64,000 bases of DNA from Nitrospira sp. UBA5698 (GCA_002420115.1 DIHK01000007.1:60136-124135), one strand, 5' to 3'. Counted from the stretch's first letter, positions 29,212 through 37,691 are shown. Notes: generated from the sequence alone by a model not told the origin. A program made the numbers and translations.

Positions 29212-29433
29212 TCACGCCGCTGTTGGTGAACTGGGTTGGTCGCCGGATGGCCAGATCGCCACCACATCAACACCGAGAGCCTTCGCAATCTTCAGTTTCG
29301 TCTCCACACGTGGAGTATGGCCGTGCCGTTCGATCGCGACGATGGTCCCGGGCCCGACTCCTGCCCGTACGGCGACTGCTTGGATAGCCAGCTGACGCGC
29401 CACTCGCAAGGACCTAAGTTTTGAAGCCACCAT
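29212..29433 (-). CDS. XRE-family HTH protein (paralog of neighbour)
   Basis: LRSLRVARQLAIQAVAVRAGV..TIVAIE..KIAKALGV. Confidence 0.88.
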   Translation of the reverse strand: MVASKLRSLRVARQLAIQAVAVRAGVGPGTIVAIERHGHTPRVETKLKIAKALGVDVVAIWPSGDQPSSPTAA

Positions 29434-29661
29434 GATTATCACCTCATGTTTTTATTGTGTTTACTCCAGCTATTAAACAAAGTCATTGAGGCTGAATTAA
29501 AATAAATGCAGCCTACATAGTGAGGCTGTCGACTGAACAGAGTCTGGCGACTTTGTTCGATGCACAGCGCCAAGGCGGACGTTGGCGCTGCGTAATGGGC
29601 TGTAATGGAGCTGAGAGGGGTGAGCTAAGCTACAAAGAAGTGGAAGCCGACTTGACGATGC

Positions 29662-30243
29662 TCAGGTCTGGAGTCGTTTGAGTATCTCAGCCCGTGTGAG
29701 GTACCGACTTTTGGAAGAATGTTGCTGTGGTCTTTTACGCTTCCACAACTCTCCCTTGAGTTCATCAATCAGCCGGTCGAGCTCTAGGTCTTGCTTGGCC
29801 TTGACTCGAGCGCTATGGCGCTCAACCGACTCTGGTTTGCCAAGCCACCACTTTAAGAAAAACGGCTTCGCGACCGGCCCATACATCTTCTTGAGCCAGG
29901 TTTCGTCAGCCGCTGTAAGATTCACAACACTGGTAATATAAAATAGCTTCCAAATCTTGAAATACACCTTAGCTCTCGACAAGGAAATTTTATATTCCTT
30001 ACTGATATGTCGTGCGACAGCATGCTTTGTTGGAAGGGGTTCGTTTTGCCTTAGCATGTTCAGCACGTATTGAGTTATTGCCTTGAAGATCTGAAGGTCA
30101 GCAACTTTTGCCCGTACCCCTGGGCGCACCTCTGGATGCACATACTCAAAAGCGGCTCTTGCCGCGTCGAGGAACTTCCCTTGAGCGTCGAAAGATTTCG
30201 CTGCTTGCTTCAAGAGCTTAATGGGCTCAATGTGCCGCGGCAT
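29662..30243 (-). CDS. Basic hypothetical protein, visibly AT-richer
   Basis: 193-aa ORF with GGAG RBS. Confidence 0.7.
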   Translation of the reverse strand: MPRHIEPIKLLKQAAKSFDAQGKFLDAARAAFEYVHPEVRPGVRAKVADLQIFKAITQYVLNMLRQNEPLPTKHAVARHISKEYKISLSRAKVYFKIWKLFYITSVVNLTAADETWLKKMYGPVAKPFFLKWWLGKPESVERHSARVKAKQDLELDRLIDELKGELWKRKRPQQHSSKSRYLTRAEILKRLQT

Positions 30244-30393
30244 TTCAACTCCGATTCTTTTAAGTTTGGTGTGAGCGATAGCGCAGTACTACTCTATGTG
30301 GCCAATAGTCTCCTCGCAATCGCTTCCATTTTATGCGTCGAAAAGATCAACCGCTAGACCGCTGACAGCGAGCGGCCTAGCGCCTTCAGGCTC

Positions 30394-30579
30394 TCACCTC
30401 TTGCCTGTCCTAGAAAGCTTGATCGCCTCGGCCGCAGTAATTCGGCCCGCCACCACTTCTTTCATGATCCTCGACACTAAAGCAGCCTTGTGATGATTCG
30501 GCATCCCCTCAGCGGCGTCCAACCAATCTCTCTTCCGGTCGATTTGGCTTGTAAGTATGATCCGCGTTTGCGATTTCAT
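30394..30579 (-). CDS. Small hypothetical protein
   Basis: Overlaps the upstream stop; AAGGAA RBS. Confidence 0.5.
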   Translation of the reverse strand: MKSQTRIILTSQIDRKRDWLDAAEGMPNHHKAALVSRIMKEVVAGRITAAEAIKLSRTGKR

Positions 30580-30821
30580 AGCGTTCCTTTTTTGTTGGAC
30601 ACAAGCAACTGCCGGCAGAGCATCAGAACGGCCTGCGTGTGCAAGACGTACAAGCCCATATGAATGCCGTGACTCTTATACGTTGGCGGCTTCTCGTCCT
30701 CCATCCGCTCAATGACCTTCTGCACTGTCACAAGGCCCAACTCCAGCGCGCGGAGTGCTTCCTCGAATCCTTTCACTTCATCTTCACTGATGATGGTCCG
30801 TACAGTCACGAGGTTGACCAT
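30576..30821 (-). CDS. Small hypothetical protein
   Basis: Co-oriented, RBS-like AGGAAAGG upstream. Confidence 0.6.
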   Translation of the reverse strand: MVNLVTVRTIISEDEVKGFEEALRALELGLVTVQKVIERMEDEKPPTYKSHGIHMGLYVLHTQAVLMLCRQLLVSNKKGTL

Positions 30822-30896
30822 GATGAGTTTCCTTTCTTGCTCTGATGGGCGCCTAGTTATCGCGAGCAGTCAGCCTACTACGAGCGTTCACTATCC

Positions 30897-31253
30897 CTAG
30901 GAGCACAGTTCATCTTCAACAACGGGGTAATGACCAGCCCGCATCCCAAAGCAGCGCCGACGGGCCTGATAACGGTCAAGGTCACCAGTGGCCTCAGAGA
31001 AACCATCACCTAATTGGTTTAGTAGATGGTCCAGGAACAAGAGACCCTTGTGCTTGGTGGGGAAGGGGCCGAATCGTCTAGGACGGAGCCCGGTCATCTC
31101 CACGCGCAAAAACCACACCGTCCGACCGAATTGATCTCTGCTTCGCTTGAACCATTCCTCTCGAGGTTTCACCTCCATGATCTCAATCTTTTCTCGCTTC
31201 TTGCGTGGCGCAACCGCCTTGGCTTTGCCCGTATCGGTCAATGATTGTCCCAT
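30897..31253 (-). CDS. Hypothetical protein
   Basis: AGGAGG RBS before ATG. Confidence 0.65.
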   Translation of the reverse strand: MGQSLTDTGKAKAVAPRKKREKIEIMEVKPREEWFKRSRDQFGRTVWFLRVEMTGLRPRRFGPFPTKHKGLLFLDHLLNQLGDGFSEATGDLDRYQARRRCFGMRAGHYPVVEDELCS

Positions 31254-31378
31254 CGTGCGTCCTCCTGTTCAGGTTCGTGTGTTGGTCGTTCAGATCGGCT
31301 GCATTTCAGTTCCTCAACCCAATAACTTGTCAGCCTCCTCATCCGACCGTTCAGGCTGAATTGCAGGTGTCTCATGGC

Positions 31379-31475
31379 CTATCCACGCTATCCACAAACA
31401 TCCACAGCCCAGATTCAAGATTCCTGATTTACGATCTACGATCCAAGATTCAAGATAAAGATCTAAGATTTAAGA
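31379..31475. repeat. Three DnaA-box-like ATCCAC units followed by a 7-bp-period GAT array; candidate second origin
   Basis: CTATCCACG 31379, CTATCCACA 31388, ACATCCACA 31398; GAT at 31412,19,26,33,40,47,54, then 60, 67. Confidence 0.65.
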
Positions 31476-31512
31476 GTTCCTACGCCGGTCTGAACGCTCG
31501 TCGAACGAGTGT

Positions 31513-32046
31513 TCAGATAACCATGCGAGCCACCTCCTGACGGTCGTTCGACACCGGTCGGAACTCCCGTTCCAACAAGTCTGGAAGCCCCTGTGCAAAT
31601 GGTGACAGTCCGCTCTTAAGACAATGCTTCCTGGCCAGCAGGAGAAATTCGTTCATCAGCTCCGGGTTATCCGGAAGATTGCGAACCCGCGCAAGCACTG
31701 CCTTCTGAACATTCTTGCTGTCGGGCTGCTGATACCGGAGCGCGTTTCGGATGAGGAGGAGGTTCGTTTTCTCATCGAATCGAATGAATCCCTCCTCCTC
31801 GAGTTTCAACAGCATGTCCTTGACCCGCCGGAGCGGCCAGGCCATATCCGCAGCGACGTATTCCGGCGGCAACACAAAAAAGCCTTCCAACGTGCGGTGC
31901 TTCGTCGTCAGAAGGTGCAACGCGAAGAGCCTCTGCGAGTCTGGCCAGGTGGCGACCTTCTCATCCGACCAAAAGTGACAAGCTATGCGGTAATACCTCG
32001 GCACATCGGGGCGCTTTGGTTTATTGGTTTGCTCGTCGTCCAACAT
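31513..32046 (-). CDS. Phage replication initiator / replisome-organiser N-terminal winged-HTH protein
   Basis: RYYRIACHFWSDEKV..LFALHLLT..H..LEGFFVLP..YVAADM..LEEEGFIRFDE..LLIRNALRYQ. Confidence 0.75.
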   Translation of the reverse strand: MLDDEQTNKPKRPDVPRYYRIACHFWSDEKVATWPDSQRLFALHLLTTKHRTLEGFFVLPPEYVAADMAWPLRRVKDMLLKLEEEGFIRFDEKTNLLLIRNALRYQQPDSKNVQKAVLARVRNLPDNPELMNEFLLLARKHCLKSGLSPFAQGLPDLLEREFRPVSNDRQEVARMVI

Positions 32047-32066
32047 CGAGACCTCTCCTCATACAC

Positions 32067-32477
32067 TTAGTGAGCCGTCGATCGACTCATGGCACGGCCA
32101 GTCCTTCGCGTACTAGGCATCTGTAACGGATCAATCGGATCGGAGTTGCTGAATAATTCATGAGTGAGCCGAACATAGGTGACGAGCTCGCTCACGTCGT
32201 CAAACTCACTTCTCAATTCGTCAACGATGAGTTGCACAATGCTGGCATCGATATGTGATCGGCTTTCTGCAGCCATGAACAACAGATCCAACCGCTTCTT
32301 ACAGTTCCCGAGAATGTACAGGGCGAGGTCACCATCTTCTGCAAACCATTTGAGGCCGAATGGTTTCTGATCAGTCACGTCCCTGATCTGTCCATCTTGA
32401 TCGCGATGGAGAACTCTTGCCTGTAACGCCAACCTCGGCTCGGTTTCCTCAGTTTCGGTCGTCGTCTTGGTTTTCAC
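32067..32477 (-). CDS. Hypothetical protein
   Basis: AGGAGG RBS, GTG start. Confidence 0.6.
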   Translation of the reverse strand: MKTKTTTETEETEPRLALQARVLHRDQDGQIRDVTDQKPFGLKWFAEDGDLALYILGNCKKRLDLLFMAAESRSHIDASIVQLIVDELRSEFDDVSELVTYVRLTHELFSNSDPIDPLQMPSTRRTGRAMSRSTAH

Positions 32478-32532
32478 AGGACCTCCTGGTTTAGAAGTTC
32501 AGAGCAAACGGTGCACCGGAGATACGTCACGT

Positions 32533-32679
32533 TCACGATCGCAGTTCCTTTCGTTGCTTAAATTCCTTCTCCAGCAGATTACGGATGAACCCACTGGCCG
32601 AAATCCCCTCCTTTCGCAAGGCATCCAATTTGACCTTCATTCCCCTCGGCACGCTGATCAGTATCTTCACCATCGCCAT
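32533..32679 (-). CDS. Ribbon-helix-helix (Arc/CopG-like) regulator, 48 aa (absent from ORF track)
   Basis: MAMVKILISVPRGMKVKLDALRKEGISASGFIRNLLEKEF; GGAGG RBS. Confidence 0.8.
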   Translation of the reverse strand: MAMVKILISVPRGMKVKLDALRKEGISASGFIRNLLEKEFKQRKELRS

Positions 32680-32702
32680 AGCCTCACCTCCAATGACTAT
32701 AA

Positions 32703-32769
32703 ATATAGATTTCTATATATTCATATGTCAAGGCATATGATTGACTATATCGAGCGTGGCCAGTACAGT
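32703..32769. promoter_or_regulatory. Divergent sigma70 promoters with two palindromic operators
   Basis: Rightward TTGACT(32741)-N17-TACAGT; leftward TTGACA(32731)-N18-TATATT; inverted repeats ATATAGA-TT-TCTATAT and TCATATG-N6-CATATGA. Confidence 0.75.
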
Positions 32770-32780
32770 ACCGAGACGCA

Positions 32781-32960
32781 ATGGCGACGAAGGGCAGTAA
32801 CTCAACGGAAAAGCGAAGGAAAGTGTTTGGCTTGAGCCTCGATCGACAGCTCATGCTCGATATCCAGCACTTAGCACTCGACCAAGACCGCTACGTGAAT
32901 GAGATGATTGAAGAAGCTGCGAAGGACCTGCTGAAGAAGTACCGAGAGAAGGCGAAATAG
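32781..32960 (+). CDS. Ribbon-helix-helix regulator, 59 aa, probable element repressor (absent from ORF track)
   Basis: RRKVFGLSLDRQLMLDIQHLALDQDRYVNEMIEEAAKDLLKKY: beta-helix-helix pattern. Confidence 0.8.
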   Translation: MATKGSNSTEKRRKVFGLSLDRQLMLDIQHLALDQDRYVNEMIEEAAKDLLKKYREKAK

Positions 32961-33062
32961 ATACCTTCAGCTTATGAGCTGACAAGAATCAGGCGGCACG
33001 TGCCGAGTGCCTTCATTGCGATCCATCCCCAAGACCCAGCAGGAAGAATTACGAGGCACACG

Positions 33063-33521
33063 ATGAAAAGCTCGATCACCTTTGGACGGCTGGGCACCCA
33101 CAGCCTACTGGCTTTCTTCCTTATCGCCTTTACTCTGGGCTGTACACGCCTCACACCGCAAGAACGGGAACACTACGCTTCTCGTGTCTATGATATCCCT
33201 CATGACCGCGTGTTCGAAGCAGTCAAAGAGCGGGTGCGGCAATACCCGATGGGTCTACAAGAGACTGATCTACAGCAAGGCCTTGTGAAAAGTCGGATTG
33301 GTGGGACCACGCCGGGCATCGGAGCGACCGTCGGCTATCAAATCACCGTCATGACCACGGCGGAAGGCCAGCGGACGAGGGTGGTTCCAACCTGGCAGAT
33401 GAATATTTCATCAGAACCAACCAAAACCCACTTGCTTCCTGTCACGATCGACGATCGGCCGTTGCTCTATTTGGAGTTCTTCGACGCACTCGATGAACAG
33501 CTCGAGAAAGCACGTCAGTGA
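33063..33521 (+). CDS. Lipoprotein of unknown function
   Basis: Signal II FTLGC; start refined to ATG 33063. Confidence 0.75.
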   Translation: MKSSITFGRLGTHSLLAFFLIAFTLGCTRLTPQEREHYASRVYDIPHDRVFEAVKERVRQYPMGLQETDLQQGLVKSRIGGTTPGIGATVGYQITVMTTAEGQRTRVVPTWQMNISSEPTKTHLLPVTIDDRPLLYLEFFDALDEQLEKARQ

Positions 33522-33534
33522 GGAAAAGGCACCA

Positions 33535-33966
33535 ATGAGGTATGCCGTCGCATTACTGTTGCTCCTCGCGCTGTCCGCGCCTTCACTGGCAGGCGAAAAG
33601 GGTAAGTTGGTCAGCCTTCTTGCCGATTATGCTGATTTCAAACATCGCGTCCAAGACATCAGGACAACCCGGCAGAGCGGTTACGCAAGCGACAGTAAAG
33701 AACTACTAGAACTCAGGAAAGAGATTCTCGCTGCACTCCAAGATGTAGACGACTATCAGACCAAGCTGAATGCCCGAACAAGAGACGATCCGGCCAATGA
33801 AGTGCCTCTCGCGCTCACGTACGCCTACAGCGCAATGTTTCATATCGTTTCAATGGAATTAGATCGAAACCTCTATCGATCCAATTTACCTCTTAAGCTG
33901 TCAGAAAAATATGCTGACATCTGGGGGATGGTTGATCCCTTAATCCCTGCCTTCTCTGCCCCGTAG
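33535..33966 (+). CDS. Secreted helical hypothetical protein
   Basis: Signal MRYAVALLLLLALSAPSLA. Confidence 0.75.
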   Translation: MRYAVALLLLLALSAPSLAGEKGKLVSLLADYADFKHRVQDIRTTRQSGYASDSKELLELRKEILAALQDVDDYQTKLNARTRDDPANEVPLALTYAYSAMFHIVSMELDRNLYRSNLPLKLSEKYADIWGMVDPLIPAFSAP

Positions 33967-34290
33967 AAACAACTCAAGCACTAAAATTCGAGCTCTTCGC
34001 AAGTCTGCCTATTATGCAGGCATCAGTGTGCTGATTGCGCCGAGGTTGTGGGGTTGCGACTGTCCTGCCAGGATTTTCACTTCTCTGCATGGCCGAACTC
34101 TTGATATTGCCGGATTTTCCAGGTTTCCGCCTCGTCAGATTGTGACTTCGAATCACGGTCATGACCGGTCGTGGTCTTGCTTGCCCATTTTTTGAGGTAA
34201 CCCCAATGGGGAATTCGCTGAGCCTCCTGCACCGCTAGGCTTCACTCAGACAGCCACTGATCACCAGAAACCTGTGAAGGAGTCGCAACC

Positions 34291-34695
34291 ATGCACACGC
34301 TGAACAAGAGGTTTGTGCACCGGATCTATTCACGGTTCCTTGTACACTTTCCGATGATGTATCTGGGGCAGACCGTCACCGGCCAAGGGATTGTCCGGGA
34401 GTTATCCCTGGTGGGGTGTCAGGCCCTCAGCAACGCTCCTGTGATTGAGGGCACGTCCCTGAGCGTAAGACTCGCTCTGCCGAGTTACGAGAAGCCGCTG
34501 GTTATCGAGCGAGCCACCGTGAAATGGGTTAAGGGATTGGAGTGTGGACTAGCCTTTGACCACCATGACGAGCGGGAGCGAGTGCGACTCCGGCAGGTGC
34601 TAAATGAGCTGCTCGCTCGTAGACGCTACAACGGCTTGACGACGGAAGCCCCTCACACTGACACGCCCAATGCACCTCTGACCGCTTGCCCCTGA
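34291..34695 (+). CDS. Single-domain PilZ protein
   Basis: RIYSR (RxxxR) and ELSLVG; VKW..G.AF. Confidence 0.8.
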   Translation: MHTLNKRFVHRIYSRFLVHFPMMYLGQTVTGQGIVRELSLVGCQALSNAPVIEGTSLSVRLALPSYEKPLVIERATVKWVKGLECGLAFDHHDERERVRLRQVLNELLARRRYNGLTTEAPHTDTPNAPLTACP

Positions 34696-34792
34696 GCCCC
34701 CCTCTTTCGATGTACCTCGTTCAGTTCTGGTGGGAATCGGACGTCCTGATACGGTTATCTCAGACACGATCACGACACAGGAGGACACCACA

Positions 34793-35032
34793 ATGACCTG
34801 TACACGATGTCAAGGACTCATGCTGGAAGAGCAGATAATCGACATGGAAGCAGCGTATGGCGAGATGTGGAGCCTCAGCTCCCGCTGCGTTAATTGTGGC
34901 CATCGACATGATGCGGTGATCCAGCAACACCACCAAGCCTACTTGCGGCCAGTGGCTCTCTCCCAGACAGTCGCCCGGTCAGAATCCGTGGATCTGTCAT
35001 GGGATTCGGAACAGGAACCACTGGCAGCCTAG
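34793..35032 (+). CDS. Small zinc-ribbon protein
   Basis: MTCTRCQGLM..RCVNCG; AGGAGG RBS; ends LAA. Confidence 0.8.
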   Translation: MTCTRCQGLMLEEQIIDMEAAYGEMWSLSSRCVNCGHRHDAVIQQHHQAYLRPVALSQTVARSESVDLSWDSEQEPLAA

Positions 35033-35080
35033 CGGTAAACACCCAGCCCACAGCTTTTCGAGCACGAAAGGAACACGGTC

Positions 35081-35443
35081 ATGAAGCCATCCACGATCCT
35101 GGTCATTGAGGATCAGGCATCCGTCCGTAAGCTCCTGGCGCAGGTTCTCGAAGAGGCTGGGTACCAGGTCTATCAGGCGGTGGATGGCCGACAAGGGCTC
35201 GCCCAGTTCCACGCCCAGCCCGTCGATCTGGTCCTCACGGATCTAGAGATGCCTGAAATGAACGGGTTGGACCTGATCTTGGAACTGACCCGCACGTTCT
35301 TGGATGTCAAAGTCATTGTCATGAGTGGCCACTCGGCAGGGAAGCTACAGACGGCCCGACTCCTTGGGGCACGGCAAACCTTTGTAAAGCCATTCAACCT
35401 TCCCGAGTTGCTTCGCGCCATTGAGTACGAACTCCTCCACTAG
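35081..35443 (+). CDS. Single-domain response regulator
   Basis: ILVIED, TDLEMP..G, MSG, KPF. Confidence 0.92.
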   Translation: MKPSTILVIEDQASVRKLLAQVLEEAGYQVYQAVDGRQGLAQFHAQPVDLVLTDLEMPEMNGLDLILELTRTFLDVKVIVMSGHSAGKLQTARLLGARQTFVKPFNLPELLRAIEYELLH

Positions 35444-35561
35444 ACGCAGGGAGCTATCCCACGGACACACATTTAGCGGGTTTCCATCCGATGTCCCTCG
35501 GCGTCTAAGAGCATCCAACAAATTGATTGACTCGGACAGTTCGCATTGATAGCATTTTGTC

Positions 35562-35891
35562 ATGCGCAGGATGGCCGCCTTTCTGGTGTTCTTGCTGCTC
35601 GGTCTCACCTTCAACGCGTACGCCTGCATCCTGCCTTTACAAACCGTAGCCCAGACGGATTGTTCCTCTGACACACAGGAGCAATCACGGCAGACATGCG
35701 ACGCGTTTCTTGAGATAGGGCCACAGTCACAGCTTTCTCTAAACCATGCCCTCAGCTCATTCACGTTTGAGTCACCAGTACCGAGTCTGCCGTTTGAGAC
35801 GGTCCATTCTATTTCTGCGCCGACACCATCGCCTTACCACGCCGTCTTTCCCATTCATCTCTCAATCCCAACTACCGTTTTGAGGATTTGA
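35562..35891 (+). CDS. Small exported Cys-containing protein upstream of the copper storage gene
   Basis: Signal peptide; TTGACT(35527)-N17-TAGCAT promoter 6 nt before ATG; ends VLRI. Confidence 0.65.
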   Translation: MRRMAAFLVFLLLGLTFNAYACILPLQTVAQTDCSSDTQEQSRQTCDAFLEIGPQSQLSLNHALSSFTFESPVPSLPFETVHSISAPTPSPYHAVFPIHLSIPTTVLRI

Positions 35892-35960
35892 TACCCTCCT
35901 TCAGGTTTCTGTGCACCAACAGCAACGTGGGCGTGAACAGCAATCCACGAAGGGGGACTT

Positions 35961-36461
35961 ATGTCTGACAACAACACGATAGGCAGACGATCATTTCTAT
36001 CGACCGGCGTATCTCTGGTGGCTGCAGGTGTGTCGTTCATGACTTTGCCCAAGGCTTATGCTTCGTCCGGCGGCGAGTCAGACGGCCAGCCGATGTTGGC
36101 TCCAGGAGGGCATCACATGGACGAGGAGATGCAAAAGTGTATTCAGCTCTGCCGAGACTGCCATGCGATGTGCACTCAAACGATTGCACATTGTTTGAAG
36201 CTGGGAGGCCGCCATGCGGCACCCGAACACATCCGCTTATTCCTGGACTGTGCACAGATATGCACGACCACTGTCGATTACATGCTTCGGGGCTCCGCGG
36301 TTCATGACCGAGTTTGTCGCCTCTGCGCTGACCTGTGTATGCAGTGCGGAAAGGATTGTGAACAGATGGCAGGAGACGATCAGATGGTAAAACAGTGCAT
36401 TGAAACGTGTCGAAAGTGTGCAGAGTCTTGTGAGCGTATGGCATCACAAGCGGCAGCATAG
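35961..36461 (+). CDS. Tat-exported four-helix-bundle copper storage protein (Csp/DUF326)
   Basis: IGRRSFL Tat motif; CxxxCxxC repeats (CIQLCRDCHAMC, CRLCADLCMQC, CIETCRKCAESC). Confidence 0.9.
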   Translation: MSDNNTIGRRSFLSTGVSLVAAGVSFMTLPKAYASSGGESDGQPMLAPGGHHMDEEMQKCIQLCRDCHAMCTQTIAHCLKLGGRHAAPEHIRLFLDCAQICTTTVDYMLRGSAVHDRVCRLCADLCMQCGKDCEQMAGDDQMVKQCIETCRKCAESCERMASQAAA

Positions 36462-37050
36462 CCGTCCAGCGGCTATCTCGCTCGTGCTTAGTCCGCGTGG
36501 GCTGTGGCAAAGCCACTGCCTGCGCGGGCCAGGTCGGTCCCGCATCTGTGCATTGCCTCATTGGTGCCAATCTGACACCAAAATGCCAAGGCACACCATG
36601 ACCAGCGATGAAGAGCTGTCACAGATCCTCTTCGTTTTTTGATGATTTGTCTTGTTGACTGTCCTCAGGTAGGTGTAGGCCGAGACTCCTAATCAGCGGG
36701 GTCAACTCAGAATATTGCCCACTTTATGCTACCAGCAAAGAGCAAACCAGCCCCACCAGCGCCAACCGTGCCACCTTGCTGAGATTTTGTTTCTTGTGGG
36801 GTTAAGGTTGTCTGAGGTAGAGCGATCTGACGCACCACGCAGCAAGAAACGGCAGGGGGCGATATGCCGATGCCAGGAGTGAGGGGTGACACAGGCGTTC
36901 ATGACTCCTCTTCTTCGGACTGAAATGAATGAGGGGAGTCGGATGTCTGGTTGCAACTGGTTGCAGACTTGCTGATTTCTTGCTCAGTTTTTCCGTGATT
37001 TGCCGAGCTATCCTGTTGATCTTGTTGAGGTAGCGATGTGTCCGGTGCAA

Positions 37051-37077
37051 TTCGAAACCCGTCATCCACCCCACTCG
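37051..37077 (+). repeat. attR core (duplicate of tRNA-His 3' end)
   Basis: Identical to 20155-20181. Confidence 0.95.
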
Positions 37078-37322
37078 TTCCCCTCAGAGACTATCGGTAG
37101 GTAACGGAACAACCAAGACTCCAGCTATAAGCGGTTCTTCGGGAACGTCCGGAAACGGGATATCTATGACCGTATTGGGGTTATGGCGTTCCGTCTGATG
37201 GAGAGAGGCATGAAGCAGAAAGTCCTGGGCATTCGGGGCCGGTTGATTCCAGAGATAAGTGATTAGGTAAATTAAGCCACGTATTTTATGGGATTGACCA
37301 TGGGTTGTTAATGGTGTAACCA

Positions 37323-37691
37323 TTGGTTACCGTGGTAAATCGTGATGACATTGCTCTCGGTGTCTATCTCAGGCAGACATCCGGCGAACGTCTGGGCGTC
37401 ATTGCCGTTGTGCATCAAGTCGGTACCAGTTGGTCAGGAGAATGGTTCTTTCAGTTACGGTACTTGAGTCGGTCGGTCGGAGTGAGCAAGCGAGGCAGTT
37501 CGGAATGGAGCTCCAATCTCCGGGAGAAGGATCTGGCCCACTTCGAACTCATTGGAGCATGGATTACGGCACAGGCTTTACTGGCAAGCGGCCCACCTTC
37601 TTCTCTCAAGCCAAAGAAACCACCACGAGTACCAGCTTGGATGCGAGGAATCGGACAGCCCAATCAGCTTCGATTATTTGAAGATTTTTAG
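37323..37691 (+). CDS. Hypothetical protein ending QLRLFEDF
   Basis: ORF 122 aa; start uncertain. Confidence 0.55.
   Translation: MVTVVNRDDIALGVYLRQTSGERLGVIAVVHQVGTSWSGEWFFQLRYLSRSVGVSKRGSSEWSSNLREKDLAHFELIGAWITAQALLASGPPSSLKPKKPPRVPAWMRGIGQPNQLRLFEDF

Larger units (their letters stand above)
20155..37077. mobile_element. ~16.9 kb tRNA-His-integrated phage-satellite-like element
   Basis: att repeats, integrase, Xis, replication genes, HNH, cos-like site, TerS x2, tape measure protein; no capsid, portal, TerL or lysis gene recognised. Confidence 0.88.

Noticed and set aside
36462-36728. Possible riboswitch or ncRNA after the Csp gene
   Set aside because: No conserved aptamer motif recognised
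36802-37074. ORF MGWMTGFELHR.. at attR
   Set aside because: Starts in the antisense att core and is not in the integrase frame
20155-37077. Complete prophage
   Set aside because: No TerL, portal, capsid, tube or lysis motifs seen and too short; a decayed prophage remains the main alternative to the satellite reading
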